This document shows positions 49,512 through 62,380 of a stretch of DNA of 64,000 nucleotides, piece after piece. The notes under the pieces are model-generated. The model saw only the letters and a list, made by a program, of their open reading frames with translations, ran no database searches and was not told where the DNA came from. The DNA lies in contig OX597818.1 of assembly GCA_951406725.2 (NCBI GenBank), positions 37,200,001 through 37,264,000 of the forward strand. Direction: 5' to 3'. The position numbers and the translations under genes were made by a program. How positions within the stretch are numbered: position 1 is the stretch's first letter; each line of letters starts with the position of its first letter. This DNA comes from Octopus vulgaris (lineage: Eukaryota).

Positions 49512-51828
49512 TTTTCAAGAGTAATGCATCTAGAAATACACTATCTAGTGTGTCCTTACTCTTATTAAGATTATGGTGTGTAATGTGAGGGAGATCTAGA
49601 TGTTTGTTGACCCAAATTGAACACCCGTCCAGAAGTTCCCATGATGATTTGTTGTATAAATTGAAATATTTGATGTTAGATATAGGATAGTAATCACTTT
49701 GTTTATGCCAAACCAAACATGTAGCTAACAAATAAGATATATGTTTTTTTATTGACATTATCAACCTTACCTATCTTCAGTTAATTATTTCTCAGAATTA
49801 CAATTATACCCATAAATTTTATAGATAGATAGATAGATTGACTTAAGCCATTGCAGATTCCCAGCAACTTAGTTGGCCTTGATAGCACTAGATGGTGAGA
49901 AGAAAACACGCATTTTAGATTGTTTTTCAACAGCTTTACTTAGCATTGTAACAAAAAAAAAATAATAATTTACTTGCCTGGTTACAAGAAATTCTGTTCG
50001 TTTACGTTTTTTTTCTTTCTTCTTCAAAATTTGATTGTTTTATTTTATTTTAAAAATCTCAATAAACAACAAACTTAGTGCCTTCTTATGATGGATGTCA
50101 TCTCAAAATAACTTTGTTCTATGGCTGTCAGTAATTTCAGTTTTTTAAAAGAAAAAGATGTTACTTCAGTTTATACGTTGACAGCCAACATATTAACTTA
50201 TTAACACTATGGTTGAAGGACAATACCTCAGGGGAACAGTTTGCATGCTTAGTACAAATATAATACACTCTTTCATATGTAATATAGTTGAAAAACTGCA
50301 GTCAGTTAAGCAATTAGTTGACCAAAGGTGCTTAACTCTTAACTTCCAGTAAGACACTACATTGTATGGAACTGCTTCCCTCAGTTGGTCCCGAAATGCA
50401 TAATGTCACGAGAATCATACTAACCTTATTGACATTCATTTCGAAGGAAGTAAGGAACTCTCTAATGTCTAGGAGGAAACTAATTCTATTTTCCATTTCT
50501 GTTCTATAACAAAATCATTACAAATGCAATAAAGTGGGTTGAAAATTTTAATCATTTGACTCATCTTATTACAATAATCACTCTTGTTTTTAGATTTGTA
50601 AACACCGAGGGGTTTTCTTTTCTACTAGTTCTTTGGTTAATCTCATTTGATCAAAGCTTTCTAAGTTAATGTATTACATATGTGAAATATTTTTATTAAT
50701 TTGTTGCCTCCTGAATTCATTGGAACCAGAAATTAAGACTATTAGTGAGGTTTCACATTTTGAAAGAATTTATAACAGCCTGTATAAAACAGCATGTATT
50801 TATTTCATTTTATGACTGTTAAAAGAGTGCTGAAACTAATCATAACAGTAAAGTACAAAATCATCGTCATCATCTTTGTTTAACACCTGCTTTCCATGCT
50901 AGCATGGGTAAGGATGTATTCTTTAATTCTATATAGTATTTGGTTTCATTTCTTAGGGCTCAGTGCTTGGATACTACAAAGGTTGACTTTTAATTCTTCT
51001 TTCCATAATAATACACATCGGTAATATACTAGCATTGCATTGAATCTATCACCTGTAACTCCCGCCTTTCACAATTTTGTGTTTCTTCATTTATTGCTTA
51101 AGAATGAAAGAAATCACAGTTGATTTGTTTTGACAAATTCCAAGGCAAAATATTTTGCGAGGGCGTTGATCTGAGAGTGATTTGTATTCAGAACAGAGAG
51201 GAACTTATTGGTTACAGTAGTTTGTTTATAAGGTGAACTGTACTGTTTGCTGAATCGCCACAACAAAATCCAATCTGCACAGTCACTGCTGTCAATGCTT
51301 TGGGCAATCTCTCTCAAATAAATCTTAATCATCCTAGTACACTATTACACTCATATTGTCACACTCAGTTCTTGGTGAATGAACTAAGAACATAACCTCA
51401 TTTCAACTACTCCTTGTTAATTGTTACTAATGCCTTTAAAGAAGGTATGAATATCACATCCTATTTCGTTTCCTGTAAAGATCTTAATTATTATACCTAT
51501 AAACCTATAGAAGAAACCAGTATTATATCATACAATAGAAAACGGGTCTACATGTTTTATAGTATTGATCCTCCACTGCTCTGAAGTTTCTTTTTCTTTT
51601 TAATTTCAGATAATTATCAGAAATAATTATCTGGTCTAAATCCTTCTCTCTTTAGAAAAGGGCTCTGTTCTTATTAAGCCATTCTGAATAAGAAGCACCA
51701 TTGTTAATTAGATAAGGTACAACCAGACCTGTGAGTTGTGTACTTTTCTCCAAACATTGGGTTGGGTACCTCAGGTAAAAAAGAAAAAGCATATCTACTT
51801 GCCTAAGGTTTAATGTCTACATGTATAA

Positions 51829-52084
51829 TAATAATAAATGTACCCTTTTAAAGCCTAGCCAGGCTCATAGGCCTGGTTTCCTGGTTTCTATAGCGTATGT
51901 GTTCCCCAGCTGGATGGGACGCCAGTCCATCGCAGCATTACTCATTTTTGCCAGATGAGTGAACTGGAGCAACGTGAAATGAAGAGTTTTGCTCAAGAAC
52001 ACACCACGTTGCCCAGTCCAGGAATTGAAACCACAATCTTGCGATCATAGTGCTGACACCCTAACCACTAAGCCACGCACCTCC
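51829..52084 (-). mobile_element. Family D SINE
   Basis: Reverse-complement homologue of 27117; 16-bp TSD atgtctacatgtataa at 51813-51828 and 52085-52100. Confidence 0.92.
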
Positions 52085-53181
52085 ATGTCTACATGTATAA
52101 ACTTATTATTTGTGGGCCTTAGTTGCATACAATAATATCATTCTGCAAGCCCTAACACCCATTTTCACTATATCCTGGGTACTACAGAACAACTATGTGA
52201 ATAAAACAAATATATTGATTAAGGCCATTGCCTGAATACATTAATAACAATAATAATAATGATTATAAATGAAGTGGTTTATCTTTACTTCAACTTGTTA
52301 CTATATGAAAGTAGAAATTGGCACTTTTTGTATTCTACATTTTACTGCAGTAGATGGCTGGTGCCAATTTTTGTGAAAAACTGACCTTTACTCAACACAG
52401 ACTTGGTAAAACAAAAAAAAAATACACACCAAAAAAGTATAATTTGTTCTTTTCTTCTGAAAATTGTTGTTCAAAATATTATTTTATACAAGTTATATTT
52501 TATGTAGTTATTTCATTTTAAAATACCGTTAACTATAATTCTGAATTTAATTATTTTATCGATTCAGTGTAGTAAAATGAAATTGTTTGGAAAACAGATA
52601 CTAAATGATGATGAATGATTTTTCCATAAAGCAGGAAAGGGGCCACCTTAAGGATTTAGGATTTTTTTTTTCTTAATAGCTATACTGTATGTAGTCAAAA
52701 TATAACAAGCATACAAATATTAGTATATACCATAAGGATTCTATGCTAGTCTTGTCTGAGACCCTAATTGCTTTTTATTGATTCTGAAAAAGTCTGTCAA
52801 CCAAACATGTTACTGACATGTACCTAAACCAGACACTCCTGTTGATTGCTACAGCAGTCATTATTAACCATTGAGTTTACTATGAGCAAGGCACATAACT
52901 CTGTTTATTTCAGTTGCTTGCTTGGCTGACAACAGGCTGCACTCTAAGTTTAATGTTAGGCAGGACACCTAACTTCAAAAGCAATTAATTTAAAAGAGAA
53001 AAAAAAACAAAACAGAAATATTAACTTGGAAAAGTAAATTGGTGTGAAACAACCTGCAGTTAGTTATTTTTTTCAAAACAACTATGTCAGAGAATTTACA
53101 GTTCTCTAATCATGGCATTTATTTTATTTTATGAAATTTTATTCTTGATGCTACCTTATTTTACTGTTTGCGTGGTTCATA

Positions 53182-53508
53182 TACTCTTTACTCTTTTACT
53201 TGTTTCAGTCATTTGACTGTGACCATGCTGGAGCACCGCCTTTAGTCGATCGAGCAAATCAACCCCAGGACTTATTCTTTGTAAGCCTAGTACTTATTTT
53301 ATCGGTCTCTTTTGCCGTACCGCTTAGTTACGGGGACGTAAACACACCAGCATCGGTTGTCAAGCGATGTTGGGGGGACAAACACAGACACACAAGCATA
53401 TATATATACATATATACGATGGGCTTCTTTCAGTTTCCATCTCCCAAATCCACTCACAAGGCTTTGGTTGGCCCAAGGCTATAGTAGAAGACACTTGCCC
53501 AAGGTGCC
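53182..53508 (-). mobile_element. Family A SINE lacking its tRNA head
   Basis: tactctttactcttttacttgtttcagtc...agacacttgcccaaggtgcc. Confidence 0.9.
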
Positions 53509-54102
53509 CATATGTGTATGGCATGTTTGTATTTACTACTTTAAATATATGTGTAAGCATGTTACATTAATTTTAAGCATATATGTGTGTGTGTAACTAA
53601 ACTGTTGTGCTTATTTGGTGTCCTTTATTAAGATGTACTTTGAAACAGATATGAACAAACATATATTGTTACTCATTGTTATACTTACTTCCTTGTTTAT
53701 AATGTCTCCAAATTAAATATTCACTTGTAGGAGACATTTGTTATACATTTGTTGTTGTTGTGAGTTTTTGTTTGTTTTTTTATTCATTTATTTTTTGTTT
53801 TGTTTAGCTTTGATCCAACAAGTGTAAGGTATATAATTAGCCAATCACATAACTGGATACTATCCTCAGATCCAGCACTCCAAATACCATACCTTCTTGA
53901 AGACTTCTTGTTATATGGGTACACAGGTCATTCTGAGCATGAAGTTTCTTTGGTAGTAGGTAAACAACCAGTTAAAATACAGTAATTTCTGTTTTTCTGC
54001 ATTTATCACAGCATAGCAGTGTTTGGAGCTAATGAGTTTATTGATGTTACTGCAAATTAAGCATGTGTATTATTTATGTCTTTTGGATGTAGTGAGAGGT
54101 AT

Positions 54103-54408
54103 CCCTCTAACCGCTCAGTCGAAGTCGACTCTCAGTCACTCGTTGGATCAGTGTCCTCCAGTCAGTTCTATCCTGGGCCGCTTCTTTCAGATTGGCTATG
54201 TCCATTCCGGTATCACTCTTGATGGTATCAAGCCAGCGGGTTCTTGGTTGGCCTCTTCCTCTCTTGCCACTGACCATTCCGAGCATGATGTCCTTCTCCA
54301 GGGATTTTCTCCGCATAATATGACCGAAATATGCCAATCTATGCTTGGTGATCCTAGCTTCTAGCGACATTTTCGGCCTTATCTGCTTAATATACTCTAT
54401 GGATCAAA
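54103..54408 (-). mobile_element. RTE (BovB-like) LINE 3' end
   Basis: ORF 54107-54370 SLEARITKHRLAYFGHIMRRKSLEKDIMLG...RW; 12-bp TSD agtgagaggtat at 54091-54102 and 54409-54420. Confidence 0.93.
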
Positions 54409-54829
54409 AGTGAGAGGTATAGTGATCTTAAAATGTTATAGTGGTGTTTTGGGGTCTCTGTACATGAGTCTGGAGGTTTACACAGCATATAATGGATGAT
54501 AAAAGGGACTGGATTGTTGTGGCAAGGAACTGCAACCCTCATACATCTAGGTGGTCTTTTATTTTAAGAATTTTGTGATTTCACCTTTGCATCATGCACA
54601 GCACGCTCAGACATGATGCATCGTGATTCATACCAGTTCTGGCCACCTCGGATTTCTCTGCAATATCTGCAAAGGACAAACTAGCTGACTTCACATCATC
54701 ATAAACTGCACGTGCTCCCCACTATATAATGAAGGTGTACCACTGTTCAGGCATTAGCTCTCTGGTTTCCCTTGTTTTGAATGTCCTCAAGGAATTGGCC
54801 AAATAGAATTTATACCTAAATCTTCATTT

Positions 54830-55212
54830 TATCTTTTACTCTTTACTAGTTTCAGTCATTGGACTGCAGCCATGCTGGAGCACTGCCTTAAAGCGTCTAG
54901 TCAAACAAATCAACCTCAGTACTTATTTTTTAATTCTGGTATTTATTCTGTTGGTCTGTTTTGCAGAACCACTAAGTTGTAGGGATGTAAACAAGCCAAC
55001 ACCAGCTGTCAAATACTTGGTGAAACAAACACAGACAGACATACATACACATATATATATTCAATGGACTTCCATACAGATTCTGTCTACCAAATCTACT
55101 CATAAAGTTTTGGTCGACCTGGGGCTATAGTAGAAGACATTTACCCAGGGTATCACACAGTGAGACTGAGCCTAAAACAACATGGTTGTAAAGTGAGCTT
55201 CTTAACCACTCA
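54830..55212 (-). mobile_element. Family A SINE
   Basis: gtttcagtcattggactgcagccatgctggagcac...gctatagtagaagaca...cttcttaaccac. Confidence 0.85.
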
Positions 55213-56323
55213 AAGACCTCTTTTCAATACAGTGACTATGAATTAATTATAATGAATCTCATCCCCGCCATCTAGTTCTTTTGACCTCATGAAGCTACCA
55301 GTGCACATTGTTTTGACATCAGAAGGTAAATCCACCTTTTGTAAGGTTTGAATACATACAAATCTACTGCAACGCCAATCACAACATATTCGATGTGGTG
55401 CTGATAGTATTTTGTTTGGACCCTTTATAATTGTGAGTTCAAATCCTGTCAGTTTACAATATTTGATAAGAGATAAAACACACTTTTACCTCCACCACCA
55501 AAAAAATGTTTCAAAAACATTACCCCTGGGTCCTATATGTGAAGTTGGGCCTCCCATAAGCTAATTTTGTCCATGATATTCTTAGCAATAGACTTAATTT
55601 TACTCCTAATGGTTTATTCTCCCTAGTCTGATTTACTTTTTATATAGAGTAACGTTTTCTGCTACAGCTAACATACTATGAGATTGCAGTGAGATTACTT
55701 TAAGCATTATATGCTTTAATGCACTAAAAACATTTTTCTTGTATATGGGTTGCATAAATTGGAGTGCACCTAATATGCCCAGGCATCTTTTATGCCATCA
55801 AATAGAATACTCTAATCTCTCCAAGGCTGATAAAATATGTACTGGAATATACTAGGATCAATTCAATTGACAATGCTCTTTTTCCTGCAAACATTTGACA
55901 CTGTGTTAACTTTAGAAATTATTGCCATTATCATTATTGACATTTTTTGTAATAGATACAGCTTTCTATTAATGAACAAATATGCCACCAACCACAATCA
56001 CTATGACAAATGTTCTCTCATTTTTTCCTCATCCTTTATCTCAGTATGTAACAACTGTTTAATTTATCAAGCTCTTAAAATTAAAATAGAAAAGAAAGTA
56101 AATTGACCATGTTAGAATTAAACTCAGAAATGTAGGAAAGATGCTTATTGTATAACTCTACAATATGCATATAATAGAAAGATATATAGCCATCACTTGC
56201 AAGTGAGTATGACTTGGTAGTAAGTACTATGCTTTTGCTAACCATTTTACATGCCTATGTAGTTGCAATCAAAAGTACATAGACACTTTCCCACATTTAG
56301 CCTAGCAGAACATCAAAGATGTG

Positions 56324-56628
56324 ACAACATAGCTCACATGACTTTCGGAAACATTTTTTCATGCTAAGAGTTACTGAAGCATGGAACAGACTGCCGGCAT
56401 CAGTTGTTAGTTGTCAGAGCACTGCATCCTTCAAAACTTCCATGCTTCCTGAGATTCGCCAACACTACACCTGATTTTCTCCGCTCCATACACATGCAAG
56501 CATGTATCTGATTCATACACTGTTCGCTTTCCAGACATTTGTACATTACTGCATATACTTTATATGCACTTTTCGACAAGTTGTGTTGCATCTGAGCACT
56601 GTATACAATAATTTCATTATTATTATTA
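56324..56628 (+). mobile_element. Second CR1/L2-group LINE 3' end
   Basis: HDFRKHFFMLRVTEAWNRLPASVVSCQSTASFKTSM; (tta)n tail. Confidence 0.85.
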
Positions 56629-57254
56629 GAAGATTGCACCAGTAGTTGCCTGGTATTCATTTTTAGCTGAGTAAATGAGAATAATTTGAAATGATGTACA
56701 TTCCTCAAAGACCCAATGTTCCATCTGGTCCAGAACCCAATCAGATGATGATATGAATGCAAGGTCAACACCTTAACCATTAGGTCACTTGTTAAAAAAG
56801 AAAGGTGTATATTTGTTACAGATAATATATACATTATGATCAAAACATGTAGAATTATATTGATTCTCATTCAATAAATTGGTCCCCAAATGCATTCTTT
56901 ATTTCCTGCACAATGCTTGCATTGACTAGACAGTTTGACAGGAACCAACAAGCCAGAGGACTACTGATCTTCTTTGTTTGCTTTGGAATGGTTCCTGTGG
57001 ATGGATGTCCTTCTTAATGCCAGCCACTTTACAGTGTGTATGTTTTAGCGGCACCAGCACTAGTGAAGTCACCAAGTGGCTCAGAAGACAAGACACTTCA
57101 ACTGAGTTAGTGTAATACATATACATGTTTTTTTTTAATATCTATATGTATGTATATATGATATATGTATGTATATGTATATATAAAATATATATGCATG
57201 TATATGTATATATAATATATGAATATACACATGTATGTATATATATAAGTTACG

Positions 57255-57556
57255 TTAATTTTTTGGCTCAAAAAGCAAAAAGCAAGGCCATGTAGGGGGA
57301 CATGGAGTTATGTACAGGGTGGTGTTCATGCAAAGAGTTCAGGCCATTTCCGGTCAAGGGAGACTTTGAACTGAGCGGTCGTCAGCATCTTCACTATCTC
57401 GTCCAGCAGCTTATTCCACGGATCCGCAACCCGGACGGAGAAAGCCCTTTGATTGAGATGAAATCATCGCAGATAGAGCTTTTCGGAGTGACCCTGCAGC
57501 CGACGCTCTGGAGCAGGAGTGAAGAACAGCTCTTTCGAGAGGTTACACTTTCCGCT
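57255..57556 (-). mobile_element. CR1/L2-group LINE 3' end (family of 25524), inside a TA-rich microsatellite
   Basis: Reverse-complement match to the 25.6-kb and 40.5-kb copies; TA-rich tracts at about 57140-57250 and 57557-57695. Confidence 0.9.
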
Positions 57557-57835
57557 ATATGTATGTGTATGTATTTATAATATATATATATGTATGTAGT
57601 ATGTATATATACTATATGTATATATAATATATATATATATATATATGTATGTAATAATATGTATATGTATATATAATATGTATGTATATATAATAAAAAT
57701 TTAGTTAGGTGTTAAATAACCTCCTAAGGGATATTAGATATCCAAAGAATTTACTGGTTTTATTACCTATATAAAAAACGTTATGAACTGTCACTCATAA
57801 CAAATAGGTAAATAAATAAATAAAATAAATATACA

Positions 57836-58435
57836 GTTTAATGTCTGCTTTCCATGCTGGCATGGGTTGGACGATTTGACTGAGGACTGGCATGACAGAT
57901 GGCTGCACCAGGCTCCAATCTGATCTGGCAGAGTTTCTGCAGCTGGATGCCCTTCCTAACGCCAGCCGCTCCAAGAGTCTAGTGAGTGCTTTTACATGCC
58001 ACTGGCACGAGGGCCAGTCAGGTGGTACTGGCGATGGCCAAGCTCAAATAGTGTTTTTTTATGTGCCACCTGCACAGGAGCCAGTCCAGCAGCACTGGCA
58101 ATGACCTCACTCGAATGTTGTTTTTCACGTGCCACCAGCACAAGTACAAGTAAGGCGACACGGGTTACGATCACGCTCGAATGGTGCTTTTTATGTGCCA
58201 CTGGCACGGGAGCCAGTCAGCGGCCTTGGCAACAATCATGCTCAGGTGGTACTTTTAACATTCCACTGGCACAGGTACCAGTCAGGCGGTGCTGTCATTA
58301 GCCACGTCAGTGATTTTGATTGTGATTTCACTTGCCTCAACAGCTCTTTGCAAGAAACGCATAAGTAGGTTGGTTACACCCACACATAGGCCACGGGTTA
58401 TGGTCTCACTTGGCTTGCCAGGTCTTCTCAAGCAC
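57836..58435 (-). mobile_element. Family C element, long array with head
   Basis: ctttccatgctggcatgggttggacg, about 5 tgccactggcac units, cacttgcctcaacag head. Confidence 0.9.
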
Positions 58436-58750
58436 ATATAAATATAAATTAGGAATGGAGACAAAAATAATGAATTGAACAATTAAATAATTCAATCATT
58501 AAATGATAAATTCAATTCAATTTTATTATTTTATACAAACAAATGACATATCTAGTAAATTACAACTGTTTCTACACCATTAAAAAAACAGGTTTTTCAA
58601 GAATGATAAGATACTGTTTTAAATATAAGGAAGTTTCTTCAGACGGACATATTTTCTTGAATATCTTACGAAAAATAGCAATAGAAAATTTTTATAACTG
58701 CTAATGCTTTTCATGTTATATATATATATATATATAATTCAAAATATCAT

Positions 58751-58954
58751 TCAAAATGTGACCGCGTGTGTACCGTTGGCGATTTTTTTTTTTCCTCCGT
58801 CTTCCCTTCTCTGGGTCTTTCCTTTTCCTATGTTTCTGACGAAGAGCTCCGCTCAAAACGTTAAACCCTCATTCTTCCCTTCCCTCTTGAGCGTCCAATA
58901 ATACTATATTTGTTCCACGTCCTCGCGTTGTTGTGTTTTCATGTTTGGATTAAC
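58751..58954 (+). mobile_element. Penelope-like non-autonomous repeat
   Basis: CpG-bearing pyrimidine-rich unit between TA tracts, containing a minimal hammerhead motif. Confidence 0.55.
58832..58866 (+). ncRNA. Minimal type I hammerhead ribozyme motif, probably inactivated
   Basis: gttt-CTGACGA-a-gagc(tcc)gctc-aAAA-cg-tt-aaac: stems I and II perfect, G12 position is A. Confidence 0.65.
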
Positions 58955-59013
58955 TATATATATATATATATATGTATTTATAATATATATGTGTGTGTGT
59001 ATGTATGCATGTA

Positions 59014-59065
<52 letters not shown>

Positions 59066-59068
59066 TAT

Positions 59069-59929
59069 TCTGATCAATAAGTATCCGGACTTTTGCCATA
59101 GTAATGACACTAAAGCATACTAAGTGAAGTCGTTTGGCACTGATTGACCTTGAACTCTGCTGTGCATGTGCACTGAGTTTTAACTTTCTAGCTTAATTTC
59201 GCTGTTTACAATAGTGCTTGGAAGGAAGGTGTGTAGTGTGTGATTGACCATGACAAAGAAAGTTGGGCAGAGAATCTGCATCAAATTTTGTCAAAAGCTT
59301 GGCAATACCTGCTCAGAGGCCTACTCAAAGTTTTCAATGTTCTTGACACAATTAAAGAGGTGTTGTGCAACTGAAACCCGAGTGTCATTTTGGTCAGCTG
59401 AAAGCAGTTTTGGCACAAACTTGGCAAACACACATCTCGTACCCAAATCTTCAGTGATAATGGACTGAACTGAACTGTAACTAGTCTTCACATCCTTTGG
59501 TAACTCACAGATGGGGATTCAGTGATTTCCCCTTACAGCTGCACACACATCTGCGATGTTTTTCTCAGCTCTGCTGGTTGTGGGCCTCCCAAAACGTTCG
59601 TCAATATCGACATTTTTTCAGCTATCTTGGAAACATCTAAACCACTCATACACTTGTGTGTGACTCATACACTCCTCTCCATACACTTTCTGCAACTTTG
59701 CATAGGCCTCTGAGCGGGTACTGCCATGACAACTTTCTCTGTCGTGGTCAGTGCAACAATCACATGCTACACACCTTCCTTCCAAGCACAAACAGCAGAA
59801 GTGATCTGTAATGTTAAAACTTTGTGCGCATGCACAGCCGAGTTCAATCTTTGCTAAACAGCTTTACTCTGCATGCTTTAGCTTCGTTACTATGGCAACA
59901 GTCCAGATACTTATTGATCAGACTTCATG
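59069..59929. mobile_element. Mariner derivative with two inverted 5' ends
   Basis: TIR tctgatcaataagtatccggact at both ends; plus strand MTKKVGQRICIKFCQKLG; minus strand EAYAKLQKVYGEECMSHTQVYEWF...DERFGRP...AKFVPKLL. Confidence 0.9.
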
Positions 59930-62274
59930 TTGTTTTAACATGTAGATGCATCAAAGAGTAACTTATTTGGACGTTTTTATATTTCTGTACTAACAAGCAT
60001 TTGCATGGAAATATTATACATAGTGATTCTCTCATCACTAATTTGGCTAGTAAAATCTGTGCATTGCTGAAGAGGTCCAATAAGACTGAAACATTTCCAC
60101 ATTAGCCAAATAATAATTTTTTTTTTTCTCTCCTCTCCACGAAATATTTTTTTTGTTTGATTCTTTGATGCACCTTGTATTAAATATGTTAACACTATTT
60201 CACCTATGAGAAAGTGCTTATACCTATATATATATATATATATATATATACAAGTATGCTCTTAATATATTAGCGTCTTACAAATAACTTAACATGTTCC
60301 CTAAACAGTTTTGCCTCTTCCACTAAAAATTTTCCGTTTTTCTCCTGATTCAAACATTAAACAATATTTCTAACCTTTTGTCTTCTTAACCCAACATATA
60401 TTACACACCTTCCAGATTTTATCTTTACTTGCTTTTACCACATAATTTTTTTCCCCCTTGAAAATAATTGGTCTCTTATTGTGTGTTAGAATTACAGTTT
60501 TAGACAAGTTTTGTGTTGATAGCAATTCTAATGGAAACTCTTTTGTCAGCACCCAGGCTAATAATCTTTTCTCTTCCACCTGCTTAAGCAACACTTTTGC
60601 ATTTGACTGAATTACTTTCATTCACTAAATGCTATAACTTACATATTATAGTGTAGCCTTTATGCATCTGAGAGTCATTTAAGACGCCTCATCTCTCTAA
60701 AAATTTTAGTTAAAATTTACATTTTCTTAGCACTTTCAAAAATAGATTTGTTTTCGGATGTAATTCCCTTTAATTCTTTAACACAGTGTCGCAAGAAGGA
60801 GTTGCTAGAATTGGTTTCACATTTCCTTCTCCAGGTAACCATGAAGCCTTCCTCTTTTAGGGAAGGGTGAAATGGAAACTGTGACATTCCTACCTTTCCT
60901 ACGCATATTAAGTCAAATAAAGTAGGTTACCTATAACTGGTTATCAGAACCAGTTTGTGTACTTTTACCACAGAAATCCTCAACCTTCCCTATGTAGTAG
61001 TTTTTTTTTTCTTAATAGATTTACCAATCCTATTTCATTATTCTAAAACAGATGAAATGATTATATAGAAAGCACTACCACATTATTATTACATCACCAA
61101 AGACTTTTTGCTTTGTTTGTGCTTCATTCTTAATGATAATTGTTAATTCCTTCCAGGCCTTAGTCTAATTGTAGTTGGGTCACATGAATCTAAGGCAGTT
61201 TCTTCCTTTTGTCTTTTTTTCATCTGAAGAAATCATGGAAGATGAGAAGTATTTTCCATCTCAACAACCCAGTAAATAGAAATGTTTATTATTGTAGTTA
61301 ATTATCAGGTCTTGTAGAAATATATTAGAATATGGCTTCTAATTTATACAGAGGAACACGGGCACCAGCATGGCTCCCTGGGTAAGAAGTTGGTTTCGTA
61401 ATCATGTTATTCCAAGTTTGACCACACTAGGCAGTGTGTTCATCAATTACTTCATGTCAGGCACAGTGGAATATGATAGTTGGATACTTGCAGAAGCCTG
61501 TCAAGTATATATGTATGGATATTGAAAAAAGGATGAGAGAATCAGTGTGCTAAACAAAAATACCTTGTGGTATTAAGTTCCATTACAGTTACTTCCCTTA
61601 TGAAACCAATGGAATTAGTATTGATACTAATTGATAGTTGACTAAAATCCATGAGGGTAATTCCTCAACATGGTTGCACTCTAATGTCTAAAACTCATAA
61701 AAAGGCTGAAGGAAACAAAACAACTGATGTATTTGGGTTAACTTAATGTACACCTTCTAAATAGGCTTTCCTGAAGTTCAAGTTGTGTAGTTGATGTGTA
61801 AGTAAGTTTCCCCCTAACATTGAGTATGAGATTAATTTATTTGCTCAGCACTGTATTTTGAGTTTGAATCCTGCTGAGGTCAGCTTAGCCTTCTGAGGTT
61901 ATTGAAATAAAGCACCAGTGAGGTAGTAGGGGTCAATATATGAAGGAATGTTTCCTCCTTGAAATTAGTGATTTTGTACAAAGTCACTAATACAAATGTG
62001 ACAATTCAAATTATTTACATTATTCCAGAAATAGGGAGATAAGCAATGCAAATTTAATTACTGATGATATTTAAATTAAAAAAAATATAGTAAATTCTAT
62101 ATCCCAGATTAGAGGTTCAAATAATCAGAAAATTGTATTAAAATATTACAGACCAACAAACACATATTAGTGCATGTTATGTGTATAATTGCACATAAGA
62201 TGATCTGTAATGTAGACAAGTTTTAGAAGAGATATAATACCTCCTTACATCCTCTAAAAAACAGATCAGAGGAT

Positions 62275-62380
62275 TGTTGACAGGAAGGGCATCCAGCTGT
62301 AAAACATTGTCTCATAAAATTATGTCCAATCCATGCTAGCATCGGGGGAAAAAATGTAAAATCATGATGATGACAATGAT
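62275..62380 (+). mobile_element. Family C-type tail fragment
   Basis: caggaagggcatccagctgtaaaac...ccatgctagcat...gatgatgac. Confidence 0.7.

Noticed and set aside
51114-51332. 72-aa minus-strand ORF in unique sequence
   Set aside because: No recognisable motif and no convincing splice signals on either strand; cannot be fully excluded without a search
54588-54617. 9-bp inverted repeat tgcatcatg / catgatgca
   Set aside because: Isolated short hairpin with no supporting context
56400-56870. 156-aa minus-strand ORF
   Set aside because: Antisense to a CR1 tail plus a decayed SINE
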